Shown here piece after piece: positions 47,588 to 57,433 of a DNA stretch of 64,000 nt (position 1 is the stretch's first letter; each line of letters opens with the position of its first letter). A program made the translations under genes and the position numbers. The stretch covers positions 202,225 through 266,224 of the forward strand of contig CAVTJG010000009.1 of NCBI GenBank assembly GCA_963735025.1, read 5' to 3'. The notes under the pieces are model-generated. The model worked only from the letters and a program-made list of their open reading frames with translations, was not told the origin of the DNA and did not search any database. Source of the DNA: an uncultured beta proteobacterium (GTDB lineage: Bacteria; Pseudomonadota; Gammaproteobacteria; Burkholderiales; SG8-39).

Positions 47588-49099
47588 CTAGGCGGCGAGG
47601 AGTTTTGCGAAGTAGTCGTTGAGCATCCGGTTCGTGGGATCGAACTCCCGGCGAATTGCGTCGAACTCTGCGAGAAGATCGGCGCCGAACGCCCGCACGA
47701 CGTGCCTTCGTTCCAGAAGCGGAGTCTGGTTGAGCAGCGGAACGCCGCCCTTTTCACTGCAGAAATCGTTGAACTTCTCGAGAAAGGGCTTCCAGCCCTT
47801 CTCGCCCTCGGGACAGATCGGGTCGAGGGTCCAGACCGGGCCCGCGCGCGAGTACGAGAGCAGGGAGCGCTCGTCCTGCGCGATGTGATAGCTCACGTGC
47901 GGCAGGCAGCTGCGGTAGGTTGCCTCGTGCTCATCGCAGAGCGCGAAGTACTGCGGAAGAATGTCGGGAAAATCGGCCTCCGGGAATGCCCACATGCTGA
48001 AGGTGAACCGGTGGTCCGGATCGTCCTTGTCGAAATCCACGACCTGGGCGACCGGGTTCACCCGGGAGAGCCGGAGCACCTTGTCCAGCCACTCCGCCAG
48101 AAGCTTGTCAAACACATTAAAGAGTTGGCGCTTGACTGCGTCGATCGGCATGGTCTTCGCGAACTCATTCCAGTCGTGACTCCCCTTCTCCCAGAAGAAG
48201 TTCCTGGTCTGCAGACGAACCGACTTCTCCTCCAGCTCTCCGGTTGTCGCGGGCTTCCGGCGCAGCTCCGCCACGATCCGCTCGCGTAACGGAAACAGAT
48301 ACAGGAATACGGCGGTGTCTTCAACGGCGGTGTCTTCACGGCCGCCGCTGCGGAGGCAGTCGTTGAGAAAGGCCCTCAATTCCGTCGCGGTGAATTTCTC
48401 ACCGGCCGGCTTCTCCTTGTCGTGCTTGAGGGAGATGGGCTCGAGCGGATAGACGCGGAAAGTGACCTCCGTGACGATCCCGAACAATCCGTAGCTGCAG
48501 CGCAGCGCGGCAAGCTTGTGGTCATCTTCCGTGCCGGTGCCCTCGATGAAATCCTGGGGGACTCCGTCCGGTTTGACGATCCGCATCCCCACCACGTCCG
48601 CGCACACCTGACCGAATTCGCCAGGAAAGGACGAGTCCTTCGTCGCCCCGCACGCTGCGGCGCCCATCGTGAGCGTGCCGAGCTCGGTGTTGACACGAAA
48701 CACCCAGTCCTTTTCCTGCAATTCACGCGCGACACTGATGAACGTCCGTCCCGCCGGAACGGTCACCCTGCCTTCCTTCCCGTCCGCCCGCGGGATGACT
48801 TTCAGCGAGTCTTTGCCTTCGCCGCCTGTCCCGTCCCGCAGCGTGGTGAGCCCTGTCATGTCGACGAGCGTGCCCCAGCGTTCAGAGTCGCCAACCGCTT
48901 TGGCCGAGATGCATTCGGTCATCGAGTGCCGCGACCCGACAGGCCGGACCGGGGACGGAAACTGGTCCCCTTTCGTCAGGATGTCGATGACCTCGGCTTC
49001 GGTGGTCGGTTTCGCAATCCGACCGCCCGGACCCTGGATCGGGGCCCCGAACCAGCTCTCGTTCGGACCCCGGAGTACACCCTGTTTCGCATCAGCCAT
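47588..49099 (-). CDS. FAD-binding (PCMH-type, FAD_binding_4) oxidoreductase
   Basis: AKPTTEAEVIDILTKGDQFPSPVRPVGSRHSMTECI...YGLFGIVTEVTFRVYPL. It contains an in-frame 15-bp tandem duplication (TAVEDTAVED region). G+C is lower than in the flanks. Confidence 0.8.
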   Translation of the reverse strand: MADAKQGVLRGPNESWFGAPIQGPGGRIAKPTTEAEVIDILTKGDQFPSPVRPVGSRHSMTECISAKAVGDSERWGTLVDMTGLTTLRDGTGGEGKDSLKVIPRADGKEGRVTVPAGRTFISVARELQEKDWVFRVNTELGTLTMGAAACGATKDSSFPGEFGQVCADVVGMRIVKPDGVPQDFIEGTGTEDDHKLAALRCSYGLFGIVTEVTFRVYPLEPISLKHDKEKPAGEKFTATELRAFLNDCLRSGGREDTAVEDTAVFLYLFPLRERIVAELRRKPATTGELEEKSVRLQTRNFFWEKGSHDWNEFAKTMPIDAVKRQLFNVFDKLLAEWLDKVLRLSRVNPVAQVVDFDKDDPDHRFTFSMWAFPEADFPDILPQYFALCDEHEATYRSCLPHVSYHIAQDERSLLSYSRAGPVWTLDPICPEGEKGWKPFLEKFNDFCSEKGGVPLLNQTPLLERRHVVRAFGADLLAEFDAIRREFDPTNRMLNDYFAKLLAA

Positions 49100-49144
49100 A
49101 CTGGTTCTCCCTCTCGCTACCGGTAAGCCATTACCCTTGTGTAG

Positions 49145-51277
49145 TCACGCGTCCTGTGTCGGCCGGGCCCGCAGGATCAGCTGAAGCATCACCGTACGAA
49201 GCTGAGCGGGCTTCACGGGCTTGTGCAGCAACGGATAGCCGCTCTGCTGTGCTTCGCGAAGCCGGTCCGGCGCCGTGTCGCCCGTGATGACCAGCGCGGG
49301 AATGCGACTTCCGGCCACACCATGCAGATGCGCGATCGTCTCGATGCCCGAGGCATGCCGGCGCAACCGGTAGTCCACGATGAGAATGTCGGGCAGCGAC
49401 GCCCCGGATTCGACGCTCGCCTCAGCCTCCTCCGGCGTGGACGTCGTCGTCACTTCGCAGCCCCATCGCTCGAGCAGGCTGCTCATGGCGTCGAGCACCG
49501 ATACGTCGTCGTCGAGGACCAGCACGCGGGTGCCGTGCAGGTCAGCGCCGAGCGGGGTCACCATCGGCGCATGCGGCGCGCTGGTCCGGACCTCTCCGGA
49601 AACGGGAACCGTGATCGAGAATCGGGAGCCATGTCCGACAATGGATTGCACCTCTACGCGATGGCCGAGCAGGTCGGCGAGTCGCTTCACGATCGCCAGC
49701 CCTAGCCCCAGTCCCTTGCGCCGGTCCCGTTCCGGATTGCCCAGCTGATGAAACTCGAGAAAGATGTCATCGAGCGCGTCCTCCGGAACACCAGGCCCGT
49801 TGTCATAGACGTCGATCCGAATCGACCGGCCGCGCCGACGCGCGCCCACCAGTACGCGGCCGTTGACCGTGTAGCGCAGGGCATTCGAGATTAGGTTCGC
49901 GAGGATTCGCTGCAACATCGCAGCGTCGGACTGCACTACGGTATCCGTCGGGCGCACTCGCAGGCCGTTGCCGGTCAGCGTCGCGATGGGTTGGTGCTCG
50001 CCGTTCAGGCGCTGCAGTAGCGCACCGAGATCCACCGGGCCGACGTCCGGTCGTACCACGCCCGCATCGAGCTTGGAGATGTCGAGCAGGCTGTTCAGCA
50101 TCGAGTCGACCGCGTCGACCGCGCCGTCGATCTGCCTGAGCAGCGGAGCGGTGCGCTCGTCGCGCACGCCTTCGGCGAGCGTCGCGAACAGCAGGCCGAG
50201 CGCGTGGATCGGCTGCCGCAGGTCGTGGCTGGCGGCGGCGAGGAAGCGGGTCTTCGCCGCGTTGGCCTGCTCTGCGCTCCGGCGTGCGGCCTCGAGCGCT
50301 GCCTCGCGGCGCTTCAGATCGGTGATATCGGTGTAGGTGACGACGCGGCCGCCGTCGGGCATCGCGTTCTGCGCCACCTCCACGACGCTGCCGTCGGCAC
50401 GTCGATATTCAGCCAACTGGGAATCGCCGAGATCGAGCGGGGGGTCCGCGCTTCCCAGCACGTCGCCGATCGGAGCACCCTCGCGCGCCGTCGTCCCGGG
50501 GACGCCCAGCAGATCGGCGAACTGGGGATTCCACATTCGCAGGCGACCGCCCGCGTCCGAGAGGCTGATGCCCTGGCGCATGTTCTGCAGGGTCGCCTCG
50601 AGCAGCGCAGTCTTCTCCTCCGCCTCGCGGCGCAGCGCCACGTTCTCGAAACTGAGCTCGAGCGACTCGGTGAGGAGGCGATTAACGTTTCGCGCGCCGA
50701 CCACATATGCGATCGACGCGATTGCGGCGAGTAACGCGACCGTGCGGCTCACCGGATCGCCGTGCCACAGCAGCACGCCGACCAGAGCACCCATCGAGGG
50801 GCCGACCACGACCCAGAAGGACGGCAGGTAGGAGGCCAGGTTGACGATCGAGCCTGCACTCAAGCCCATCAGGATCACTGTCACGGTGATCAGACTGATC
50901 GGATGCGCCGGGTCGAGGAACAGGAAGCATGCAATGGCCCAGACAGTTCCGACCAGCGCCGATCCTGCGGCCGAGACCAATGCCCAACGCCCGATTCCGG
51001 AATTCGGTGGATTGCGACGGGCAAACACGCCGATCTGAACGAAGCGCAGCGTGTTCACTGCGACCAGCGCGACGAGCCAGCCGATCAGCGACTGCCGCGG
51101 GGCAACGTCCCACAGGATGTAAGCCAGGATCCCGGCCACGACGAAGAGCGTCACGATCGACCCCGGCGCCTGGCGGTAGAGATAGCGCACGAGTTCCCCG
51201 GTGACGTCATTGCGGAACGCGACTGTCCGCGGCGCTGCCGCGGTCATCCCGGACGTGGCCATAGCTCCACTCCCCAT
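49145..51277 (-). CDS. Membrane-bound hybrid sensor histidine kinase (TM region - PAS-like - HisKA - HATPase_c - REC)
   Basis: H-box FLAAASHDLRQPIHAL. N/G boxes NLISNALRYT, YDNGPGVPED, GLGLGLAIVKRL. C-terminal REC VLVLDDD...ILIVDYRL...LHKPV. The start is one of ATG 51277, 51262 or 51247. Confidence 0.85.
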   Translation of the reverse strand: MGSGAMATSGMTAAAPRTVAFRNDVTGELVRYLYRQAPGSIVTLFVVAGILAYILWDVAPRQSLIGWLVALVAVNTLRFVQIGVFARRNPPNSGIGRWALVSAAGSALVGTVWAIACFLFLDPAHPISLITVTVILMGLSAGSIVNLASYLPSFWVVVGPSMGALVGVLLWHGDPVSRTVALLAAIASIAYVVGARNVNRLLTESLELSFENVALRREAEEKTALLEATLQNMRQGISLSDAGGRLRMWNPQFADLLGVPGTTAREGAPIGDVLGSADPPLDLGDSQLAEYRRADGSVVEVAQNAMPDGGRVVTYTDITDLKRREAALEAARRSAEQANAAKTRFLAAASHDLRQPIHALGLLFATLAEGVRDERTAPLLRQIDGAVDAVDSMLNSLLDISKLDAGVVRPDVGPVDLGALLQRLNGEHQPIATLTGNGLRVRPTDTVVQSDAAMLQRILANLISNALRYTVNGRVLVGARRRGRSIRIDVYDNGPGVPEDALDDIFLEFHQLGNPERDRRKGLGLGLAIVKRLADLLGHRVEVQSIVGHGSRFSITVPVSGEVRTSAPHAPMVTPLGADLHGTRVLVLDDDVSVLDAMSSLLERWGCEVTTTSTPEEAEASVESGASLPDILIVDYRLRRHASGIETIAHLHGVAGSRIPALVITGDTAPDRLREAQQSGYPLLHKPVKPAQLRTVMLQLILRARPTQDA

Positions 51278-51660
51278 TGGGTGGTTTCTCCGGCACGCCC
51301 GGGCAACGTCGGCCGACCCGGGACCGAACCGGAGGTGGATCGGAGCCTATGCCTTTCAGGGGCGCGATGCCATAGTACGAACGTTTAGAGGGGTCTCCAA
51401 GCAATGCCCGCCGCGGCGGCTTCGAGTGGCGAATTCCGCTTGCAGGGGAAGCCCCGATCGTACGAGCAAGAGGGAAAGCCCCCTTGTACCTTGTAAATCC
51501 CCTGTGTGCGTGCGCGGAGTCTTTCGACAAACGGTTAGGCGGCTAAGCGCCGGGACGTTCCAGGCCGGCCGGACCGCGCTGTCGCGTCTCGGACCGCGCG
51601 CGCGGTCGGGCGCGGCGCGCTAAGATCCGGCCGAACAACGACAACACCGGATGAGCGCGG

Positions 51661-52359
51661 ATGAAGATCCTGGTCGTGGACGATCACCCGATGATGGCGG
51701 ACGCCATTCGTCAGGCGCTGCTCTCGCTCGAGCGCGAGGCCGAGGTGGTATGCGTGGGTGACCTCGCCAGCGCCCTCTCCGCGACCGTCGACGACGCCGG
51801 ATTCGAGCTCGCGCTGCTGGATCTCGGGTTGCCGGATTGCGCAGGGCCGGACGGGCTGGCCCGACTGCGGGAAGAGCGGCCTTATCTTCCAGTGGTGGTC
51901 GTCTCCGGTGCGAGCGATCCCGACACCATCGTCGCCTCGCTCGACCTTGGCGCGATGGGTTTCATTCCGAAGACCTCGTCGCGCGAGGTGCTCCTCAACG
52001 CTGTCCGGCTCGTTGCCTCCGGCGGCATCTACGTCCCGATGGAGGCGCTCAAGGCGCGCGCCGCGAAGGAAGCGATCACGGCAGAGAATCCAAAGTCCGC
52101 CGCTGCCTCGGATGCAACGTCCGACTCCTCGGGTGTTGCAAAGACCGCCCCTGCCGACCTCGGTCTGACGCCGCGACAGGCGGATGTGCTGTCGCTTCTG
52201 CTCAAAGGGCTGCCGAACAAGCTCATCGCCCGCAAGCTGGACATAGCGGAAAACACGGTCAAGGTGCACGTGAGCGCCGTCCTGCAGGCACTCAACGTCA
52301 GCACCCGCACTCAAGCGCTGATCGCAGCGACGCGACTCGGGCTACACCTGGACATGTAG
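51661..52359 (+). CDS. NarL/FixJ (LuxR-type HTH) response regulator
   Basis: MKILVVDDHPMM...LALLDLGLPD...GFIPK, then a long Ala/Ser linker, then LTPRQADVLSLLLKGLPNKLIARKLDIAENTVKVHVSAVLQAL. Confidence 0.85.
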   Translation: MKILVVDDHPMMADAIRQALLSLEREAEVVCVGDLASALSATVDDAGFELALLDLGLPDCAGPDGLARLREERPYLPVVVVSGASDPDTIVASLDLGAMGFIPKTSSREVLLNAVRLVASGGIYVPMEALKARAAKEAITAENPKSAAASDATSDSSGVAKTAPADLGLTPRQADVLSLLLKGLPNKLIARKLDIAENTVKVHVSAVLQALNVSTRTQALIAATRLGLHLDM

Positions 52360-52461
52360 CGTCTGTAACCGGCAGACAACGATCCTTCGCGCACCAAGCA
52401 GGGCGCGGATACTGCTCGAGGCTCAGCCTTCCGCCCGCGCATCCGATCCGCGCCCGCGCGT

Positions 52462-53820
52462 TCAATGCTCCTTCGGCATGAGCAGGTTGAGGATCATTGC
52501 GAGCAAGATGCCCATGACAATGCCGTCGCTGACGAGTATGCGGAGCGCCGGCTCGATCGCATTGAAGGTGCCGGGGGGCGCGGCCTGGATGCCGAGCCCC
52601 ACGCCGAGCGAAGCGGCGAGGATCACCGCGTCACGACGCGTGGCCAGGTTGCGTCCGATGATGTCCACGCCGACCGAGGCGACCATGCCGAACATGAACA
52701 ACAGCACCCCACCCAGCACCGCATTAGGCATGAGCGCGATGATTGCGCCGACCTTGGGCAACATTGCCATCAGTATCAGGAACGCCCCGCCGAACGCCAC
52801 CACGAACCGGCTGCCGACTCCGGTGAGCGAGATGACGCCGATGTTCTGCGAGTACGAGGTGAGCGCCATGCCGCCGAAGATGGCCGAGATCGTCGATCCG
52901 ATGCCGTCGTTCGCCACCGCACCCCGGATGCGCCAGTCTTCCGGCGGCACGCCGCAGATGCGCGTCACCGCGAGCGTGTGGCCGGTGGTCTCGACCGCCG
53001 TCGCGAAGAAGCACACGATGACCGTGATCACGCCGATCAAGCCTGGCCACTCGAGACCTCCGTACGGAAACGGTGACGGCACGGCGACCCAGCCCGCGTT
53101 GTAGACGGTATTGAGATTGATCAGGCCGAACGCGGCCGCGACGAGGTACCCGATGACCATCGTCAGGAACAGCGAGAGGGCCTTGACGAACCCCTTGGCG
53201 AACCGGTTGATGACGATGATCAGGACGATCATCAGCGCAGCGAGCCCCAGCGTCAGGGGCTTCCCGAATGCCGGGGAATTCGCACCCGAGGCGACGCTGA
53301 TCCCGATCTTCATGAGGCCGGTGCCGATGAGCAGAATGGTCGTGCCGGTCACGATCGGCGGGAAGAATCGCTGCAGCTTGCCGATCAGCGGGCTCCACGC
53401 GAACTGCACGAGGCCGCCGATCATCAGCGCGGTCATGGCCGCCGCGAGGCTCACTTCCTTGGAGATTGCGACGATCGGGCCGATAAAGATGTAGAAGACC
53501 CCCATGACGATCGGCAGCCGCGGCCCGATGAAACTGACACCGAGCGAGGAAACCATCGTCGCGATGCCGCAGCCGATCATCGTTCCCGACACCATCGCGA
53601 TGCGCGTCCCATCGGGAAGGTTCAGGAGGCGTGCCACGATGAGCGGGCCGCCCACCATCGCGGTGAACATCACCAGGACGTGCTGGATGCCGAACAGCGT
53701 GGTCTTGACCGGCCCGGGATAGTCGTTCAGCTGATAGTCGAGCTTGGCGAACCCGCGGTCGCCGTGATCCGCATGCCCGACCGCTTCCGGTGCTCCCGCT
53801 ACTGGCGCGTGTGCGCTCAT
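52462..53820 (-). CDS. NCS2 family nucleobase (xanthine/uracil-type) permease
   Basis: From MSAHAPVAG...TLFGIQHVLVMFTAMVGGPLIV...ETTGHTLAV...SYSQNIGVISLTGV. SD GGAGGGGA before ATG 53820. The track ORF carries a spurious 104-aa extension. Confidence 0.85.
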   Translation of the reverse strand: MSAHAPVAGAPEAVGHADHGDRGFAKLDYQLNDYPGPVKTTLFGIQHVLVMFTAMVGGPLIVARLLNLPDGTRIAMVSGTMIGCGIATMVSSLGVSFIGPRLPIVMGVFYIFIGPIVAISKEVSLAAAMTALMIGGLVQFAWSPLIGKLQRFFPPIVTGTTILLIGTGLMKIGISVASGANSPAFGKPLTLGLAALMIVLIIVINRFAKGFVKALSLFLTMVIGYLVAAAFGLINLNTVYNAGWVAVPSPFPYGGLEWPGLIGVITVIVCFFATAVETTGHTLAVTRICGVPPEDWRIRGAVANDGIGSTISAIFGGMALTSYSQNIGVISLTGVGSRFVVAFGGAFLILMAMLPKVGAIIALMPNAVLGGVLLFMFGMVASVGVDIIGRNLATRRDAVILAASLGVGLGIQAAPPGTFNAIEPALRILVSDGIVMGILLAMILNLLMPKEH

Positions 53821-53872
53821 TCTGTCTTCTCCCCTCCAGATCGCGCTCGGCCGGAGCGCAGCGGTATGACGC

Positions 53873-55687
53873 CTACTTGCCTTCCACGAACGTCCTCCAA
53901 CTTCCGAGTTCCGTGATGTCCCGCGCGCCCTGCGTGGCATATGCCTCGCACAGGAATCCGCGCACTTCGCGGCCGTCCTCGAGCATGATCGTGCCGATGC
54001 CCAGCGGCGCGGGAATGCCGTCGACGAAGCCGCCGAAGCGCTCTGCGGGCACTTCCCATACCTCCACTGCGATCGAGGCCCCCCGATCCGAGCGCACCAA
54101 TCCCGGTCGCGGCGGCGTGAAATCGGTGAGCGCATAGAGGCGGTAGTTCGGAGCGGTGCGGCAGACCCGTGCGAGACGCGCCCCGCGCTCCGTGAGCTGA
54201 TGATTCAGCGGCAGGCCCGCCATGTGCGCGCCGCAGACCGCGACGCGAATGGTGCGCCCCGCGTCATTCGTGACGATCGAGCGGACGGGGCGCGGCGCCG
54301 GGAGCTCGCGGCGCGTGGCGCCCATCGTCGTGACCGCCGCGCGCTGCGCGATATCGCCGAGCACGCAAAGGGTGCTGTCGCGAAACGGCGGTGCGACGAG
54401 CGTGACACCGAACGGAAGGCCGTCGCGCTGGAATCCGGCTGGCACGGCGATCGCGCAGAGATCGAGCAGGTTGAGGAAGTTCGTGTAGTAGCCGAGGTTG
54501 CTGTTCAGGCGGATCGGGTCGGCCTCGACTTCGGCAATACGGTAAATCGTGCCCGCGGTCGGCGTCATCACGATGTCGACTGTGTCCCAGACCGGGTCAG
54601 TCGCGCGACGCAGCGCTTTCAAGCGATAGTAGGCGTCGAACGTGTCGATGGCCGAGAACTTCACCGCGTTGCCGATGATCGCCCGGGTCGTCGGATGGAG
54701 GGCATCCGGGTGCTGCTCGATGAAGTCGCGGATGGCGACATAGCGCTCGGCGACCCACGGACCCTCGTAGAGCAGGCGCGCAGCGGTCAGGAACGGCTCG
54801 AAATCGATCTCGACGCTCGTCCCGCCGAGTGCCTCGATCCTGGCGATGGCGGCATCGAAGAGCTCCGCCGCATCCCGGTTGCCGAAGAACTCGAGCTGGT
54901 CGCGCCGCGGGACGCCGAAGCGAATATCCGCAAAACCTGCGACAACCTCCGCGCAGTCCGGCGGCGCACGGCGGGAAAAGGGATCCCCGGCGTCGTACCC
55001 CGCGGCCTCGCGCAACACGGCGGCGGCGTCGGCGGCGGTGAGGGCGAAGACCGACACGCAGTCGAGCGAGCGGCACGCGGGCACCACACCGCGAGCGCTG
55101 AGCAGGCCGCGCGTCGGCTTGTGCCCGACGATGTTGTTGAACGCCGCAGGGACGCGACCTGAGCCGGCCGTGTCCGTGCCGAGAGCAAAGCTCACGAGGC
55201 CCGCGGCGACCGCCACCGCGGAACCCGAGCTCGAGCCACCCGGAACGTAGGCCGGATCGAAGGTGTTCGCGGGCACTCCGTACGGCGAGCGCATGCCGAC
55301 GAGGCCGGTCGCGAATTGGTCCAGGTTGGTCTTGCCGATGAGAATGGCGCCCGCATTCGTCAGCGCCGCGACGGCCGGCGCAGTCTCCTGCGCGACGTAT
55401 GCAAACTCCGGGCATGCCGCCGTGGTCGGGTGGCCGGCGACGTCGATGTTGTCCTTGATCGCGAACGGTATCCCGTAGAGAGGGAGCTCTGCCGGCCCCC
55501 GCTGCTCGAGTTCCGCCGCGCGCGCCTCCAGCTCGGCGCGCGGCAGCAGATGGATCCACACCCTGTCATCGCCGCGGCGCTCGATCCGATCCAGAACCCC
55601 GGCCACGGTCTGCGACGGGCGCAGATTGCCCGACTGGTAGCGTTCGCGTAGCGTCGCGAGATCGAGTGCGTCGTCCGATTGCAGCAC
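53873..55687 (-). CDS. Allophanate hydrolase (amidase-signature domain plus allophanate-hydrolase C-terminal domain)
   Basis: 604 aa. The amidase signature is GGSSSGSAVAVAAGLVSFALGTDTAGSGRVPAAFNNIVGHKPTRG. Length and C-terminal domain fit AtzF/DUR1,2-type allophanate hydrolases. Confidence 0.85.
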   Translation of the reverse strand: MLQSDDALDLATLRERYQSGNLRPSQTVAGVLDRIERRGDDRVWIHLLPRAELEARAAELEQRGPAELPLYGIPFAIKDNIDVAGHPTTAACPEFAYVAQETAPAVAALTNAGAILIGKTNLDQFATGLVGMRSPYGVPANTFDPAYVPGGSSSGSAVAVAAGLVSFALGTDTAGSGRVPAAFNNIVGHKPTRGLLSARGVVPACRSLDCVSVFALTAADAAAVLREAAGYDAGDPFSRRAPPDCAEVVAGFADIRFGVPRRDQLEFFGNRDAAELFDAAIARIEALGGTSVEIDFEPFLTAARLLYEGPWVAERYVAIRDFIEQHPDALHPTTRAIIGNAVKFSAIDTFDAYYRLKALRRATDPVWDTVDIVMTPTAGTIYRIAEVEADPIRLNSNLGYYTNFLNLLDLCAIAVPAGFQRDGLPFGVTLVAPPFRDSTLCVLGDIAQRAAVTTMGATRRELPAPRPVRSIVTNDAGRTIRVAVCGAHMAGLPLNHQLTERGARLARVCRTAPNYRLYALTDFTPPRPGLVRSDRGASIAVEVWEVPAERFGGFVDGIPAPLGIGTIMLEDGREVRGFLCEAYATQGARDITELGSWRTFVEGK

Positions 55688-55744
55688 CGGTCCTCCCCAG
55701 GATGGATCGCGCCGGCCAGGCTTGCGCCGCGCGGTGCGGTTGGC

Positions 55745-55778
55745 CTACTATACGCTGGTATACAAGATTGTGTACAGG
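55745..55778. promoter_or_regulatory. AT-rich operator-like element with GTATAC / TGTACA cores in the divergent allophanate-hydrolase / fdrA promoter region
   Basis: CTACTATACGCTGGTATACAAGATTGTGTACAGG. TATAC repeats at a 10-bp spacing, followed by the palindromic TGTACA. This fits the GT-N-AC type half-sites used by GntR-family regulators, and a GntR gene lies at 59842. Confidence 0.3.
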
Positions 55779-55847
55779 ATGCCGGGGCGCGCCGGGCCCG
55801 TTCCCGGCGCAACGGCAGAGCCACGGTCCGCAGCTGGAGGGAGGAGC

Positions 55848-57404
55848 ATGGCGACGGCGCACAGAGTGATCCGGAACCTGTACCGCGACTCCGTGTCGAT
55901 GATGCAGCTCTCCGTGCTGCTGCGCGGCCTGCCAGGTGTCGAGCAGGCCTCCGCGATCATGGCGACCGCAGGCAATCTCGACCTTCTGCGCGAAGCCGGG
56001 TTGCTGACGGACCCGCCGGACGCGGGAGCGAACGATCTGCTGATCGCGCTCAAAGGCAAGAACTCGAGCGCGCTGGAGAGCGCACTCGCGGAAGCCGACG
56101 CGGAACTCCGCAAGGCGCCGAGTGCCGCAGCGGAGGGCGGCCCGCGCGCGCTGCCGCCCGCCAGCCTGCAGATGGGACAGACGCAGGTTCCCGACGCGAA
56201 TCTCGCGCTGATCTCGACACCGGGCGAATACGCAGCGGCCGAGGCCGCCAAGGCGCTTCGGCTGGGTTTGAACGTCATGCTGTTCAGCGACAACGTGCCG
56301 CTCGCGGACGAGGTCGCGTTGAAGAAGTTCGCGCTCGAGCGCGGACTGATGGTGATGGGGCCGGACTGCGGCACCGCGATCATAGATGGGGTTCCCCTCG
56401 GGTTCGCCAACGTGGTGCGGCGCGGGCCGATCGGTGTCATTGGCGCCTCGGGGACCGGCACGCAGCAGGTGACCTGTCTCGTGCACTGCTACGGCGAGGG
56501 AATCTCCCAGGCGATCGGTACCGGCGGGCGCGACATGCGCACCGAGGTCGGCGGCATGACGATGCTGCACGCGTTGAACGCCCTCGCACGCGAAGCGGCA
56601 ACAAGAGTGATCGTCCTCGTCTCCAAGCCGCCGGCGCCGGAAGTCGCGGCGCGCGTCCTCGCCGCCGCACGCAAGGCGCGCAAACCCGTGGTCGTGAACT
56701 TCGTCGGCGGTGCGCGTGCCGCGATCAAGGGCGCGAACCTGCACTTCGCAAGCACGCTCGAGGAAGCGGCGCGCGGCGCGGTTGCGCTCGCGCGGGGCCG
56801 CGCACCGACGTCGCGCGCGGCAGCGCGGGTGTCGCCAAGACTGCTCACCACGGTGCCGCGGCTTGCGGCGACCCAGCGGTACGTGCGCGGACTGTACAGC
56901 GGCGGCACGTTCTGCTACGAAGCGTCCGCGCTGCTCGGCGCAGCGCTCGGCGAAGTGCGCTCGAATGCCTCGGTCGATCCGCGGATGCATCTCGCGGATG
57001 TCTGGAAGTCGGTCGGACACACGGTCGTCGATCTCGGCGACGACGACTTCACCCGCGGCCGGCCGCATCCGATGATCGATCACAACTTGCGCAACGAGCG
57101 GCTTCTGAAAGAGGCGGCCGATCCGGAGGTTGCGGTGATCCTGCTCGACGTCGTGCTTGGCTACGGCGCGCACCCCGATCCGGCACAGGAGATGGTGCCG
57201 ACAATCGCCAAGGCGCGGGCGCTCGCCGCAAGGAAGCGACGGCGCATCGCCTTCGTCGGATTCATCTGCGGGACCGACGCTGACCCGCAGGATTTCGCGC
57301 GGCAGGAAGCGGCGCTGCGCGATGCGGGGATGGTGCTCGCGGAGAGCAACGCTCAGGCCGTGGGAATCGCCGCTGCGATCGCGCGCCGCCAGGTTGCACG
57401 CTGA
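55848..57404 (+). CDS. fdrA: FdrA family protein (succinyl-CoA-ligase-alpha-like)
   Basis: MATAHRVIRNLYRDSVSMMQLS...ISTPGEYAAAEAAKALRLGLNVMLFSDNV...MGPDCGTAIIDG...IGVIGASGTGTQ. SD GGAGGGAGGAG. Confidence 0.85.
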   Translation: MATAHRVIRNLYRDSVSMMQLSVLLRGLPGVEQASAIMATAGNLDLLREAGLLTDPPDAGANDLLIALKGKNSSALESALAEADAELRKAPSAAAEGGPRALPPASLQMGQTQVPDANLALISTPGEYAAAEAAKALRLGLNVMLFSDNVPLADEVALKKFALERGLMVMGPDCGTAIIDGVPLGFANVVRRGPIGVIGASGTGTQQVTCLVHCYGEGISQAIGTGGRDMRTEVGGMTMLHALNALAREAATRVIVLVSKPPAPEVAARVLAAARKARKPVVVNFVGGARAAIKGANLHFASTLEEAARGAVALARGRAPTSRAAARVSPRLLTTVPRLAATQRYVRGLYSGGTFCYEASALLGAALGEVRSNASVDPRMHLADVWKSVGHTVVDLGDDDFTRGRPHPMIDHNLRNERLLKEAADPEVAVILLDVVLGYGAHPDPAQEMVPTIAKARALAARKRRRIAFVGFICGTDADPQDFARQEAALRDAGMVLAESNAQAVGIAAAIARRQVAR

Positions 57405-57433
57405 TGCGATCAGTCCGATCAGGGAGTCTGCAG

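Noticed and set aside
47401-47622. The 73-aa ORF (...[31 protein letters not shown]) and similar small ORFs across the palindromic repeats
   Set aside because: The peptide is simply the translation of the REP-like hairpins (SPRTRGS / DSRVRGNDG are the hairpin arms). The same 'motifs' appear wherever the repeat occurs, in either orientation.
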